Below are positions 28,941-39,771 of a DNA stretch of 64,000 bases, in pieces. Source of the DNA: Pseudobdellovibrionaceae bacterium (GTDB lineage Bacteria > Bdellovibrionota > Bdellovibrionia > Bdellovibrionales > Bdellovibrionaceae); NCBI GenBank assembly GCA_039810425.1, contig JBDHWW010000002.1, forward strand, positions 80,516 through 144,515, read 5' to 3'. Both the position numbers and the translations under genes were made by a program. Position 1 is the first letter of the stretch. Each line of letters begins with the position of its first letter. Below the pieces are notes generated by a model, which was given only the letters and a program-made list of their open reading frames with translations, was not told the origin of the DNA and made no database searches.

Positions 28941-30539
28941 CTAAATGTGGCTTTCAAAACGCAAGACTCCTTTTCCATCGGGGCGGTTTTCCACCCGAGG
29001 ACCCTTTTCGATATAGAAGCGGTTTAAGTATTTGAGTAGCTGAGTGATATCCAGCGCATCGTCACAATAACAAACGTAACCATCCGGGCGAACAAGGATC
29101 AAACCGTCTCTGTAAATTCCGAAGACTTGCAAAATGGTATGTAAATCCGGCCGCTTATCCAGAGTATGGAAAATCATCCGGTTGTCCAAAAACTTTTCCA
29201 GCACGTCCATCGTCTGCTTTTGCGCTTCTTGTCCGCCAACCAGGAAGGCATGGAACATCCCGTTCTGGCAACCCACTTGGCAAAAACGATCCCCTGCGCG
29301 AAGCGCTCCAGCGGCTGAGAAGCATTGTTGCGTGAGTGAACTCCCTCGGTATTGAATGCCGATTTGCGAAACTAGTTTGAAAAAAGCCGCGCGAAAGAAA
29401 TTAAACTTTGAAACCAGTCCCAAAATACGTGGTACTAAATGCAACCGTGTCCAACGCACATAGGGCTTTTGGTTGATCACAAAAGAAAAACCCTGATCGG
29501 CCCTATGAATCAGTTTGCGGGCGATCGGATGGCGTTCCTCATGATAGGTTTCTAAAATTTTTGGCAGTGCTCTTCCAGACAGAGTGGAGGAAAGCTTCCA
29601 TGCAAGATTGTAAGCATCCTGAATTCCAGTATTCATCCCCTGCCCTCCAGCCGGGCTATGAACGTGGGCTGCATCACCCGCAAAGAAACACCTCTGTTCC
29701 TTGAAGCGATTTACACCGCGGTGATGAAGATTATAACTCGAGAACCAGCGTGGAGCGGAAATTTTTAACGGCAGTTCCGAGCGTAAACTAATTTCCCCGG
29801 CAATGAGCCCCTGCATTCCGGCTTCACTCTTTGGAAAGTCGTTGCTCAAAAGGCTAATGGCTCTAAAGTGATCCGCACCATCCAGCGGAAAGAATTCGAC
29901 AAATCCCCTCTCCGAAAGGCAAAGGGAAACATGGCGGCGCGAAACTGGCCCCTGCGCCTGAATATCAGCAAGCAGGAAGCAGTTCTCAGAAGTCACACCT
30001 TCAAACGGCAGTTGCAGAAAGGCCCGCACCGAGCTTCGTGCTCCGTCGGCGGCCACCAGGTACTTTGCACGGACGGTCTCCATCCGCTCTCCCCCGGCCA
30101 CATAGGCTTCGACAAACTCGGGGTGTTGAACAAGTTCAACCAACTCGTGTTGCCATTCTACTTTTTTTCCGAAGCTCTCCAGTTTATCCGCGAGGAGTTT
30201 TTCAGTTCTATTCTGCGCTAGAATTAATACGTAAGGATACTTCGTATACACCTGACCATATTCCCGAAGATCAATACTGACACGGGGCTTTCCCTCAACA
30301 ATCAGATCAAACCCGTCTGCGGGATGGCCCTGTTCCAAGGCTTTTTCCGTGAGGTCGAGTTGTTCAAAGAGCTCCAAGGTCCTTGCTTGAATGGCGAGGG
30401 CCTTGGAATGCTCGGTGAGGCCTTTGTTTTTCTCAATGATCCGGAATTTGATTCCGAATTGCGCCAAGAGACAGGCCATCGTCAGGCCTGTGGGGCCGGC
30501 CCCGACAATAAGAACATCAACATCGGTTGGATGTGTCAT
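28941..30539 (-). CDS. FAD-dependent monooxygenase (FAD_binding_3)
   Basis: GAGPTG, ADGARSSVR, GDAAHVHSPAGGQGMNTG, LVRPDGYV. Confidence 0.9.
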   Translation of the reverse strand: MTHPTDVDVLIVGAGPTGLTMACLLAQFGIKFRIIEKNKGLTEHSKALAIQARTLELFEQLDLTEKALEQGHPADGFDLIVEGKPRVSIDLREYGQVYTKYPYVLILAQNRTEKLLADKLESFGKKVEWQHELVELVQHPEFVEAYVAGGERMETVRAKYLVAADGARSSVRAFLQLPFEGVTSENCFLLADIQAQGPVSRRHVSLCLSERGFVEFFPLDGADHFRAISLLSNDFPKSEAGMQGLIAGEISLRSELPLKISAPRWFSSYNLHHRGVNRFKEQRCFFAGDAAHVHSPAGGQGMNTGIQDAYNLAWKLSSTLSGRALPKILETYHEERHPIARKLIHRADQGFSFVINQKPYVRWTRLHLVPRILGLVSKFNFFRAAFFKLVSQIGIQYRGSSLTQQCFSAAGALRAGDRFCQVGCQNGMFHAFLVGGQEAQKQTMDVLEKFLDNRMIFHTLDKRPDLHTILQVFGIYRDGLILVRPDGYVCYCDDALDITQLLKYLNRFYIEKGPRVENRPDGKGVLRFESHI

Positions 30540-30628
30540 AGAAGGCTCCCGAAGCAATTGAACATCGACATTCAAAAGTGGACCACTTATAGTGGGTCCA
30601 AAACAATCACTATGAATGGAAGATTTGT

Positions 30629-31855
30629 ATGCAAAAAATTAAAGTCACCAATCCTGTAGTAGAGCTTGATGGCGACGAAATGACTCGCGTCATCTGGTCC
30701 TTTATTAAGAACAAACTCATCACTCCTTACCTCGATATGGATATCAAGTATTACGATTTGGGTATGGAACATCGTGATGCCACTAATGACGAAGTGACTG
30801 TTGCTGCCGCGGAAGCGATCAAAAAATACAATGTGGGTATCAAGTGCGCAACGATCACTCCTGACGAAGCCCGCGTAAAAGAATTTAACTTAAAGCAGAT
30901 GTGGAAATCACCAAACGGAACTATCAGAAATATTTTGGATGGCACAGTTTTCCGCGAACCTATCGTTTGTGAAAACATTCCTCGTTTGGTTCCTAACTGG
31001 ACCGCCCCGATCTGCATCGGCCGTCACGCGTTCGGCGATCAGTATCGTGCAACTGATTTCGTTACTAAAGGCAAAGGTAAACTGACGATCACTTTCGAAC
31101 CAGAAGGCGGCGAGAAAATTTCTCACGAAGTTTACAACTTTAAAGGCGATGGCGTTGCTTTGGCAATGTACAATACGGACGAATCAATCCGTGGCTTTGC
31201 GCGCTCTTGCTTTAACATGGCTTTGACAAAGAAATGGCCTTTGTATTTCTCTTCTAAGAACACGATCTTGAAGAAGTACGATGGTCGCTTTAAAGACATC
31301 TTCCAAGAGCTCTATGACAAAGAATTCAAAGAGACTTTCGCAAAAGCCGGAATCACTTACGAGCATCGTCTAATCGACGACATGGTTGCCTCGGCGTTAA
31401 AGTGGAACGGAAACTTCGTATGGGCTTGTAAGAACTACGATGGGGACGTCCAATCAGATACCGTTGCTCAAGGTTTCGGTTCCTTGGGCTTGATGACTTC
31501 TGTCTTGATCACTCCAGACGGTAAGACCATGGAGTCCGAAGCAGCTCACGGCACTGTGACCCGTCACTTCCGCGCGCACCAGCAAGGTAAATCAACCTCT
31601 ACCAACCCAATTGCTTCGATCTTTGCATGGACCCGTGGCCTTGAGCATCGTGGTAACTTGGATGGTAACAAAGCTTTGGTTAACTTTGCGCGGACATTGG
31701 AGACAGTTTGTGTGGACACAGTTCAATCCGGCAATATGACTAAAGACCTCGCAGTTTGTATCTACGGCGACAAAGTCACTCAAGATCAGTATATGAATAC
31801 TGAGCCGTTCTTGGAGTTGTTGGACAGCAACTTGAAAAAAGCGCTTACTAAGTAA
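30629..31855 (+). CDS. icd: NADP-dependent isocitrate dehydrogenase
   Basis: [52 protein letters not shown]. Confidence 0.96.
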   Translation: MQKIKVTNPVVELDGDEMTRVIWSFIKNKLITPYLDMDIKYYDLGMEHRDATNDEVTVAAAEAIKKYNVGIKCATITPDEARVKEFNLKQMWKSPNGTIRNILDGTVFREPIVCENIPRLVPNWTAPICIGRHAFGDQYRATDFVTKGKGKLTITFEPEGGEKISHEVYNFKGDGVALAMYNTDESIRGFARSCFNMALTKKWPLYFSSKNTILKKYDGRFKDIFQELYDKEFKETFAKAGITYEHRLIDDMVASALKWNGNFVWACKNYDGDVQSDTVAQGFGSLGLMTSVLITPDGKTMESEAAHGTVTRHFRAHQQGKSTSTNPIASIFAWTRGLEHRGNLDGNKALVNFARTLETVCVDTVQSGNMTKDLAVCIYGDKVTQDQYMNTEPFLELLDSNLKKALTK

Positions 31856-31864
31856 TTCATTCAA

Positions 31865-31892
31865 CTCCTAGCGGCCTTCGGGCTGTTAGGAG
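31865..31892. terminator. Hairpin between convergent icd and kinase genes
   Basis: CTCCTAGCGGCC-TTCG-GGCTGTTAGGAG. Confidence 0.55.
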
Positions 31893-33115
31893 CTCTTTCG
31901 AAATCCCATCTGCTTTTTCGGTAGCGTCAGGACAAAACAGGTGTTTTTGGCGATCGAATCAAGTTCCAATCGACCACCATGTTCTTCGGCAATCGCTTTG
32001 GAAATACTCAAACCTAAACCGGTTCCCTGATGCATTTCTTTCGTCGTAAAGAATGGTTGCATGATTCTCTCTTGCATATTTTCAGCAATGCCCGGACCGC
32101 TGTCTGTAATGCGAATGACCCAGAAGTCTCGGTTATCAAAAACCGTGATATCCACCCACTTCTGAGGCAAATCTCGAACCGCATCGAACGAATTGCTCAT
32201 AAGATTAATGATAATCTGTTCGATCTGAACAGGGCGACACTCTATCGGCGCCCCCGCAGCCGGCAAGTTCTGGCGAATTTCAATTCCGTGATAGATGAAC
32301 TTCTCGCCGTTGAGAGAGTTGGCATTAATAATCGACGTGGTTAAATCCACCGTTTCATAGAGGTCGCTGAACCCATCTCGCGAAAGCGCCTTAAGGCCGC
32401 GGATGATTTTGTCAATTCTATGCACGGTCTTCTCAATGCTTTCCAAGTACTGATTGGCTTTTGGCAAATGTCCCTCAGGAATGTGGCTGAAAATTCTGCG
32501 TAAGAGCCCCACATTTCCGTTGATGATCGTTAGTGGATTGTTGATCTCATGGGCTATCGAAGCGGCCATTTCACCGAGCGATGCGAGCTTTGTTTTATGA
32601 ACAAGTTTTGCCCGTTGATCATTAAACTGTGATTTGCTTTTACGAAGTTCCAGCAGCGCGACCACCTGACGGGCTAATACCGTCAAGGTTTTCATCTGTT
32701 CCGAGGTCATGAACCTCGGCTCAATATCCATCACACAGAGAGCGCCGAGCCCAATGCCCTCGGGAGATATCAGTGGTACTCCGGCATAAAAGCGAATGAA
32801 AGGAGGCCCCCTCATAAGTTCCAAATCGCGGAAGCGCGGATCATTCATGGTGTCGGGCACAATCATCGGCTGGCGGTCTCGTGCGACGTACGCGCAGATC
32901 GAAGTATCCAATGAAGTTTGTTGAAGTGAGGATCCCCTATGTGATTTGAACCATTGTCGGTCCCTATCGATGAAACTCACTAAAGAAATGGGTGTACGAC
33001 AGATCGCCGAAGCCAGATAGGTGATATCATCGTACGCTTGCTCCGCTTCTGAATCGAGGATTTGATAGTCTTTTAAAACACGCAGTCTGAGTTGTTCGTC
33101 AGTGTTTAATTCCAA
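31886..33115 (-). CDS. GAF-domain sensor histidine kinase
   Basis: GAF (RFYAGVPL); AHEINNPL, DSGPGI, FFTTK, GTGLGL. Confidence 0.92.
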   Translation of the reverse strand: MELNTDEQLRLRVLKDYQILDSEAEQAYDDITYLASAICRTPISLVSFIDRDRQWFKSHRGSSLQQTSLDTSICAYVARDRQPMIVPDTMNDPRFRDLELMRGPPFIRFYAGVPLISPEGIGLGALCVMDIEPRFMTSEQMKTLTVLARQVVALLELRKSKSQFNDQRAKLVHKTKLASLGEMAASIAHEINNPLTIINGNVGLLRRIFSHIPEGHLPKANQYLESIEKTVHRIDKIIRGLKALSRDGFSDLYETVDLTTSIINANSLNGEKFIYHGIEIRQNLPAAGAPIECRPVQIEQIIINLMSNSFDAVRDLPQKWVDITVFDNRDFWVIRITDSGPGIAENMQERIMQPFFTTKEMHQGTGLGLSISKAIAEEHGGRLELDSIAKNTCFVLTLPKKQMGFRKSS

Positions 33116-33239
33116 GTGTTGCAGCCTTCTCGTTGTGTTCGAATAAGTCTATAAACAAACTTAGTCTATGGATACATTATTCTGACTCTTATCCTCCATA
33201 GGTCTAGCAATTCCGGCCTTTCAGAGGTATTTTGCAAAC

Positions 33240-33614
33240 ATGATGGGCCACTTCGAATTGCTACTCAGATACACACTTGGAATACAACTCATATTTTGGG
33301 GACTCAATGGATTCTTCCACTGGAGGCAAATTCCACCCTCCGCAAAGGTGATCGACAACTTCACAACCGCTTGTACTGACATCCGATTCATTATGCCCAT
33401 CGTTAAAATTTTTGAAGTTGTATTTGGTGTGTTTCTTTTGGCGAACTTTGCAGTACCGCTCGCATTGGTACTACTGGCGCCGATCATCTTTGTGGTTACT
33501 GGACTTCATGCACTCTTTAGTAAAAAATCCTGGAAAGTCTTAGTGCCAATATCGCTGCCTTTTGCCGTCCTTGTAATTTTGCACTATGAGGCCTGGCGGA
33601 AACTACTTAACTAA
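33240..33614 (+). CDS. DoxX family membrane protein
   Basis: LLRYTLG..LIFWGLNGF; four TM helices. Confidence 0.75.
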   Translation: MMGHFELLLRYTLGIQLIFWGLNGFFHWRQIPPSAKVIDNFTTACTDIRFIMPIVKIFEVVFGVFLLANFAVPLALVLLAPIIFVVTGLHALFSKKSWKVLVPISLPFAVLVILHYEAWRKLLN

Positions 33615-34496
33615 ATCGTTGGCGGATTTACCAAGGTCTAAAAGCATCTGCTGAACTTTGTCGTAGTCCTTTAGATTCGCGTCTTTGAAATCATCCATGT
33701 GATAAAGATTATAGATAATCTTACCGCCTTTTTCGTCTTTGACCATTTTCTTCAACGTATCCACAATTTTCTTCCTTAACTCAGGCGGAAAGCCTTTTCT
33801 GAAAACAACAGGATCATTCGGAATAGCCTCGGTCTTCGCAATAATAACGATCTGATCGAATACATCCGGGAACTGAGTCTTCACAAGTTTGCGCGCATCT
33901 TGGGGCTCGCCATTTTCCGCAGGCGTATGATAAGTCGCCCCGGCATCTACTTGGCGCTGATAAACCATCGTGACAACACTGTCGTGGCGTCCAGCAAAGA
34001 CGACTTCTTTCGGCTGCACTTTTTCGTCTTTCAAAAGCTTCGAGGGCAAAACAAAACCTGATCCAGATGACGGATCGACAAAAGCGATTTTTTTATTGCT
34101 CAGATCTTTGAGCGTTTTCGGTCCGTCTTTTCGTGCAATAATCTGGCCCCAGTAAACGTCGCGGCCTTTATGAACACCTGTTAACGCCGCTTCGGCGCCA
34201 TACTTGTCGTGGGCAATGACATAGCCAAATGTGTTTATAATCGCCATGTCAGCCCGCTTTGAACCAAGAGCTTCAATTACCGCGATAAAACTTGACGGAA
34301 CATTGACCTCAAATGGCAAACCGGTTTTCTCGTGAAGGTAAGCCTCCAGCTCTTTGCCATTTTCTTCGAGAAGCTTTGTATCTTGGCCGGGAACCAAAGA
34401 AATTTTAATAGGGTTTCCAGGCGCGCCCACCTCAGACTTCGAGGTGCAATTTGCAAAAACCAAGATACTTGCGAGAATTAGAAGATATTTAGTCAT
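33603..34496 (-). CDS. PhnD/PtxB-like phosphate/phosphonate-binding lipoprotein
   Basis: Lipobox FANC; DPSSGSGF, GRHD, IPNDP. Confidence 0.85.
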   Translation of the reverse strand: MTKYLLILASILVFANCTSKSEVGAPGNPIKISLVPGQDTKLLEENGKELEAYLHEKTGLPFEVNVPSSFIAVIEALGSKRADMAIINTFGYVIAHDKYGAEAALTGVHKGRDVYWGQIIARKDGPKTLKDLSNKKIAFVDPSSGSGFVLPSKLLKDEKVQPKEVVFAGRHDSVVTMVYQRQVDAGATYHTPAENGEPQDARKLVKTQFPDVFDQIVIIAKTEAIPNDPVVFRKGFPPELRKKIVDTLKKMVKDEKGGKIIYNLYHMDDFKDANLKDYDKVQQMLLDLGKSANDLVK

Positions 34497-34666
34497 AGGC
34501 TGACCGTTCAGCTCCGGATTTGATGTCGCTACTAGGACGATTCTTTTATTTTCAAGTTCAGCCATCGCTTAATGCTATTTCAAGTCGCATAATTAGCAAG
34601 TGAAAACCGGGCCCTCATGGACCAACTAATGTTCGAAGGGATTTGCAAGGCCTTTCCTTCTTGGCA

Positions 34667-34697
34667 CTAAAATGACTCACAAAGTGAGTCATTTTAG
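34667..34697. promoter_or_regulatory. Perfect 14-bp inverted repeat between divergent genes
   Basis: CTAAAATGACTCAC-AAA-GTGAGTCATTTTAG. Confidence 0.6.
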
Positions 34698-34735
34698 CTC
34701 TCGAAAAAACTTGAAAAAATGCCGATCTATTACAC

Positions 34736-35506
34736 ATGACACTATCCAAAAAGCGTATCGGCGTTTTCGCCATTTTGTCGGGCTGGGGCCTCGCGGTTCT
34801 GCTGTTTCAAAACATGACACTCGTCGAGTTCTCGATGCTGAATCTGCCTAGCGTGGACGAGCAAGCGCGCCAGGATCAAGCACGCGAACTCTTAGGGGTC
34901 TCATACAACGGTAGCCTTGCGCAGCGCTTCGAGGGTGAACAAGCCCTTAATTACCTAGTTTATAAAAAGATCGAGTCTTCCATGGATGAGAAATGGAAGG
35001 GCCGTCTTGCTGAGATTACAGAAGCGGTGATTAGGGAAAGTCGTAACCAGGAATTAGATCCTATTTTCGTCCTCGCCGTTATCCAGACAGAAAGTGGTTT
35101 TAACACTGATGCCCGTGGAGACGCGGGTGAAATTGGCCTCATGCAAATTCTACCGAAGACCGCCGAGTGGATTGCCAAAAAATATAAACTGCCGTGGCTG
35201 GGGCCAAAATCTCTTTTTGACCCTATAACAAACATCAAGATTGGGATCACTTACTTTGCCCATCTCCGTAGTGAGTTCGACAGCCGGGCTTACCACTACC
35301 TTCCGGCCTACAATATGGGTCCAAAGAATATGCGTAGAGTCAGCCGCACGATCGGCAGCATTTCACCTGATGGCAAAATCATCAAACGAGACTACGCGAT
35401 GCGAGTCATGAAAAACTACACCAGTATCTATGAGCAGATGGTGTCCACTCAAAAATTAATGGTGCAGGTTGCAAAAGACGGCAAAGGGGAACAAATCGCA
35501 CGTTAG
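34736..35506 (+). CDS. Lytic transglycosylase (SLT domain)
   Basis: AVIQTESGF, GLMQI, AYNMGP. Confidence 0.9.
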   Translation: MTLSKKRIGVFAILSGWGLAVLLFQNMTLVEFSMLNLPSVDEQARQDQARELLGVSYNGSLAQRFEGEQALNYLVYKKIESSMDEKWKGRLAEITEAVIRESRNQELDPIFVLAVIQTESGFNTDARGDAGEIGLMQILPKTAEWIAKKYKLPWLGPKSLFDPITNIKIGITYFAHLRSEFDSRAYHYLPAYNMGPKNMRRVSRTIGSISPDGKIIKRDYAMRVMKNYTSIYEQMVSTQKLMVQVAKDGKGEQIAR

Positions 35507-35573
35507 TAGTTAGTTAATCGCTATATTGACAAATTCGACACACTTCTTTATCTAAGAGTTAGTAAAGGGCCCC

Positions 35574-36053
35574 GTGGATAAGAAAAAACTGCTTGCTCAC
35601 ATTCGTGCTGAACTGGAAAAAGATCTTTTAGTATTAAAAGAATCTGAACGTGCGACCCGCGAAGCCGCGACTCATGAGGAAAACAAGCCTGAGAATGAGT
35701 ATGATACGCGGGCACTGGAGGCCTCTTATTTGGCGGGTGCCCAGTCTAAGCGCATTACGGATACGGAAGAACTTTTAGTACTCTTCAAACACGCAGCGCC
35801 TAAATCCTTTACTGACAAAGATCCGATTTCAGCCACCGCACTCATTGAGACCGAGCTCAACGGTAAAAGTAGCTACTTTTTTGTGATGGCTAAAGGTGGC
35901 GGGGTGAATGTCACGTTTGAGGGAAAAAAGATCCAAGTGATCACGCCAAGCAGCCCGCTGGGCGAAGCCCTTCTTGGGCTTAAAGTCGGAGACACCGCTC
36001 TGCTTGAGCAGGGTGATAAAACTCTCGAGTACGATATTATTTCTATCCAGTAA
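35574..36053 (+). CDS. GreA/GreB family transcription factor
   Basis: ENEYDTRALEASYLA coiled coil; ITPSSPLGEALLG. Confidence 0.82.
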   Translation: MDKKKLLAHIRAELEKDLLVLKESERATREAATHEENKPENEYDTRALEASYLAGAQSKRITDTEELLVLFKHAAPKSFTDKDPISATALIETELNGKSSYFFVMAKGGGVNVTFEGKKIQVITPSSPLGEALLGLKVGDTALLEQGDKTLEYDIISIQ

Positions 36054-36792
36054 GAACTTTGTTAGCACGCTTCAAGCGCTGAGAAAGCGTTTTCACCAGA
36101 GCCCGTGCCCATGAAGGCTTCGAGAAAATCACGTTGTCCAAAGAACTCATCGGAATTTCAACAAGATCCACATCGGTGACAGCTTCGATCGTTGCTGACC
36201 GTGGTTCGTGATTGAAGTGACCCATCTCGCCGACGAACTCGCCTGCACCGATTTCACCTAAAGTAACACGGCCACCTGAGAGTGCATCTGAATACGCTTT
36301 CAGCGTTCCGTTCTTTACTATATAGACGGACTGAGTGGCATCGCCCTCTTTAAAAAGCACTTCACCGGCTTGGAGATGGCGGAGCGTATACTCTGTCGTT
36401 TGTGTCCCCGTTTTTGGAGTCACAAGCTTTGCGACCACTTCCACCACGGCCTGTTCGCGCTCCGGCTCGGTGAGATAATGAATACGGCCATTTGGAGGAT
36501 ATAGATCCAAATCCGCCACCACCGACATGATCACTATATGAACATCGCTATGATTTTTCTCTTTATAGATTTTTGCGACAATCTCAAGACCAGAACACTT
36601 GGGCAGATACTCATCGACAAAGACCATCTTTGGAAAGACATTGTCGATCTTATATTTCGTATCAAACCAGTCCGCTGCATGAAAAATCGAGCAGTTCGTA
36701 AAGTTCTTATTGATAAATTCGGACATCGCAGTGATGCGGTTCCCGTTACCACTAACAATGAGAAAGACATTCTTATCTTGTGGACGTGCCAT
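36043..36792 (-). CDS. Receiver-like domain plus cyclic-nucleotide-binding domain protein
   Basis: FVDEYLP..SGLE; LFKEGD, GEFVGEMG, PRSAT. Confidence 0.82.
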   Translation of the reverse strand: MARPQDKNVFLIVSGNGNRITAMSEFINKNFTNCSIFHAADWFDTKYKIDNVFPKMVFVDEYLPKCSGLEIVAKIYKEKNHSDVHIVIMSVVADLDLYPPNGRIHYLTEPEREQAVVEVVAKLVTPKTGTQTTEYTLRHLQAGEVLFKEGDATQSVYIVKNGTLKAYSDALSGGRVTLGEIGAGEFVGEMGHFNHEPRSATIEAVTDVDLVEIPMSSLDNVIFSKPSWARALVKTLSQRLKRANKVLTG

Positions 36793-36961
36793 GTTGTACC
36801 TTCCATTCCAATTCGCCTCTTCTTGAGACGCAACCGACGTACTACTTTATACAACAATTATCTCCCGCTTTGTGTTCCGGCTCAAGCCGCTGTCAAAAGG
36901 AACGCCAGATTCGATTTAGTTCGCACCAAGATGAGAAAAGCCGGCGAACTTCTATACGGTC

Positions 36962-37516
36962 TTATGGATAACACCATGGTCGCGGAGTGACTACGCGGGT
37001 GATCTCGTTTGCGCGCATATATAGGAATTCATTACCGACCGCGATTTTCAAGCGCTCTGTTTTCGGTGAGCGCGCCGAGACCGTCATGATCTGTGCAAAC
37101 CCGTCACTATCCGTTGTTGTGACTCCCTGATTGGGTTTCATATTCCACCGCACCGGACGGTTTGCAATTGCGGTCAGATCGGCACTTGTGACGCCCGTTG
37201 CAACAGTGCCCTCAGAGTCGCGGCACTGCAACTGAATATTGATCACCACCATGTACTGTTTGTGACAATTATGCGTGGTCGAATAACCATAGCCGGCTTG
37301 GCAGGTTTCAAATGGTTTTTCACGATAACCCAGTTTTTCCACGGGAATTTCCATCCCCATGGCTCTTTGCAAGCCCACATAGTCAACGGATGGTTGCTCA
37401 TTGCTAACAGGTTCACTCGGTGGCATCGTTTTTTCTTTATGTAGAGATGATTCAACAGGCGCTGAAGAGCATGCCGTAGCCAGCGCCGCAAGAACGACGA
37501 TACCGATCCATTTCAT
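36962..37516 (-). CDS. Hypothetical lipoprotein
   Basis: Lipobox ATAC; SD AGGAG. Confidence 0.7.
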   Translation of the reverse strand: MKWIGIVVLAALATACSSAPVESSLHKEKTMPPSEPVSNEQPSVDYVGLQRAMGMEIPVEKLGYREKPFETCQAGYGYSTTHNCHKQYMVVINIQLQCRDSEGTVATGVTSADLTAIANRPVRWNMKPNQGVTTTDSDGFAQIMTVSARSPKTERLKIAVGNEFLYMRANEITRVVTPRPWCYP

Positions 37517-37598
37517 AGTGACTCCTAGGTAGAACTCTAAGATATCAAACAAACTGCGGCAGGGATCTATGTTTTAGTCCAGTTTTGTAGCGGCTTTT

Positions 37599-38033
37599 TT
37601 AGAGAACTTTCTTGCTGAATGCGTAGGCACGTTTAGTCCAGTGGTTCTTCTCGTAGAACTTGATCCCAAGATCATTTTCAAGAACCGCACAAAGACGCAT
37701 TGATTTACAATGAAGAGCCTTCGCCATGACCTCGGCTTTTTTCAGCATTTCAGCCCCAAGCCCTTTGGAGCGCATCTTTTCTGTACTGACAAGATCATCG
37801 ATGTACAGATGACGGCCGCGAACGAAGTCATACAAAATTCTGTAACCCATCACCGCGACAACTGCACCCTTGTACTCCATCGCAATAATTTCGTATCCAT
37901 CCATGGCATGGGCATGTCGGTAGATTTCCAGATACTCTTGCACATTCAAATGAGGACGCAGTTCTTTCATCACGGGAAAGCAGCGCTCAAGTTCCTCTCG
38001 ATTTTGAATTTTAACAAAAGTAGTGTCCTTCAT
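37599..38033 (-). CDS. GNAT family N-acetyltransferase
   Basis: LYIDDLV...RSKGLG, FYEK. Confidence 0.88.
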   Translation of the reverse strand: MKDTTFVKIQNREELERCFPVMKELRPHLNVQEYLEIYRHAHAMDGYEIIAMEYKGAVVAVMGYRILYDFVRGRHLYIDDLVSTEKMRSKGLGAEMLKKAEVMAKALHCKSMRLCAVLENDLGIKFYEKNHWTKRAYAFSKKVL

Positions 38034-38077
38034 GATTCCTACTAAATCTAAGAGGGATGTACATTAATTTGACGGAC

Positions 38078-38323
38078 TTATTCTTTAGTTTTCAATTTGT
38101 CGTCGTTTTCTTCGATAAATTTTTTGATGTCGTCAGCAATGCCTAAAAGCTTTAGCCATTGCTCTTTATAAAGAGTAACCGGGAAGCGGCCCATCCCGTA
38201 AACAGACAAAGCGCCTTTCTCACTGACTTTCATGGAAAGCGTGCCTTTCGCGCCTTTTTTAGTCTTCAAAGCTTCATTCTCAGCCTTTAAACGTTCAATT
38301 TCCGCCTTTAAATCATCTGACAT
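38078..38323 (-). CDS. Conserved small hypothetical protein
   Basis: SD GAGGAG; KVSEKGALSVYGMGRFPVTLYKEQW. Confidence 0.75.
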   Translation of the reverse strand: MSDDLKAEIERLKAENEALKTKKGAKGTLSMKVSEKGALSVYGMGRFPVTLYKEQWLKLLGIADDIKKFIEENDDKLKTKE

Positions 38324-38418
38324 AAAAAATCTCCTCGTCAACCAATAAACCTTACTATAAATCCAACGTTCTGATTAATACAATCCAAAATGGATCGCGA
38401 GAACCCAGAGGTCACTCT

Positions 38419-39177
38419 TTATGCGCTGGCTAGTTTCTTTCGATCCCGGCGGTAGCGAAGGTGGCCGGGCTTATTCTCGGAAAGTTTTATGAATTCCAAT
38501 TGCCGTTCAACCATCCTATCGAAAACATAAAGAAGTTTATCGTGTTCTCTCGAAGCAGTTTCAAACCCCTGACTGTTTCCCAAGAGTTCAATCGTATGAT
38601 GAATGGCTTCGATCGTGGAATAGCAGGCAACATTTGGTTGCTTACGTACACGAAATGTTGATGGTTTCTCTGGTGAAAAGCAGATCCTTGGCAACGCATG
38701 CAGATTTTTACTCTGGCGAACGGTTCTTCTTGCGGTCGCCCAAGTTCCATCAATGACGAACACAGTCAACTTCTTATCTTGAGGGAACAATTCCAACCGC
38801 TCTTTCTCATTGAGGAGACTGATATTTTGAGAAACCCGGCCTGGGTAAAGCATCACGCAATGGCGTAAAGGATCTGCCAACAACCGGTTCACTTCAGCGT
38901 GCTCAGTATAGTCTTGGCCCATAATCAGGTGAGAATTCTGCAACGTGAGGTGCGACATCCTGCCAGTTGCAATCCTGCGATGCACTTCGATCGGATGAAT
39001 TAGAACGATAAAATCGATTTGTGGGTCGAACTTTTGAATATGCTCACAATAGCAGCTGAATTTCGGCTGAATACAAACCATGCACAACTCACGGTATTTT
39101 GGTTGCTGCTCATTTTGCAGCTGGCGTCTTTCCCGATAACGTTGAATATCCACAGCGTCTTCTCCTGACGCCTTCAT
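38419..39177 (-). CDS. DTW-domain tRNA aminocarboxypropyltransferase (TapT-like)
   Basis: C..C....CYC, HPIE, IDGTW, STIEA. Confidence 0.88.
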   Translation of the reverse strand: MKASGEDAVDIQRYRERRQLQNEQQPKYRELCMVCIQPKFSCYCEHIQKFDPQIDFIVLIHPIEVHRRIATGRMSHLTLQNSHLIMGQDYTEHAEVNRLLADPLRHCVMLYPGRVSQNISLLNEKERLELFPQDKKLTVFVIDGTWATARRTVRQSKNLHALPRICFSPEKPSTFRVRKQPNVACYSTIEAIHHTIELLGNSQGFETASREHDKLLYVFDRMVERQLEFIKLSENKPGHLRYRRDRKKLASA

Positions 39178-39236
39178 AGTAACCGAAACAAAAGACTGAC
39201 TTAAGATTTACACCCGAGAACTGGACCAAGAAAGGG

Positions 39237-39728
39237 CTAAGACCGCGAGATCTTTCTATCACTGAGATTTGCGGGAACACCCGTTCCGCTCCATCTCTGG
39301 GTTTGATATGTGCCGCTACGGATCTTCTCAGAGGTGATATCCACATCGATCAAACTATTGTAATCCTTTTGAACGGCAAAAAAGGCCAAGCGAAGCAAAG
39401 TTTCATCGTGATCCGCACAATCCTTCACATGGAAAACTTCGTTGGATCTTTTCACAAGCCGGGTTTCTTTTGCCTGATCTTTGAAAAACACGGCGATATT
39501 CTTTGCCCGCTTCATAATGTCGTCATATTCCGCAAGCTCTGGAGCGACCTTCTCGTCAAAACACGGTCCACAATAGGTGCCATGAGTTAGATCTTCTGGA
39601 ACTTTCGTCAAAAACGAAAAACTATCTTCTTGAGTGAACTCAGCGCACTTTTTACAGACAGCCTGTGTACAGATCCCACAAACAAGGGTTGCTTTCGGTT
39701 TTTGGCAGACACAACATGAGTTTTCCAT
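39237..39728 (-). CDS. Zn-finger hypothetical protein
   Basis: Four CxxC pairs. Confidence 0.65.
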   Translation of the reverse strand: MENSCCVCQKPKATLVCGICTQAVCKKCAEFTQEDSFSFLTKVPEDLTHGTYCGPCFDEKVAPELAEYDDIMKRAKNIAVFFKDQAKETRLVKRSNEVFHVKDCADHDETLLRLAFFAVQKDYNSLIDVDITSEKIRSGTYQTQRWSGTGVPANLSDRKISRS

Positions 39729-39771
39729 AGGCCCAACCTAGCATATTTCATGGGTTTTACCCTGATTTTTT

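Noticed and set aside
36534..36990. 107-aa and 150-aa ORFs over the cNMP gene
   Set aside because: Frame or antisense shadows without motifs
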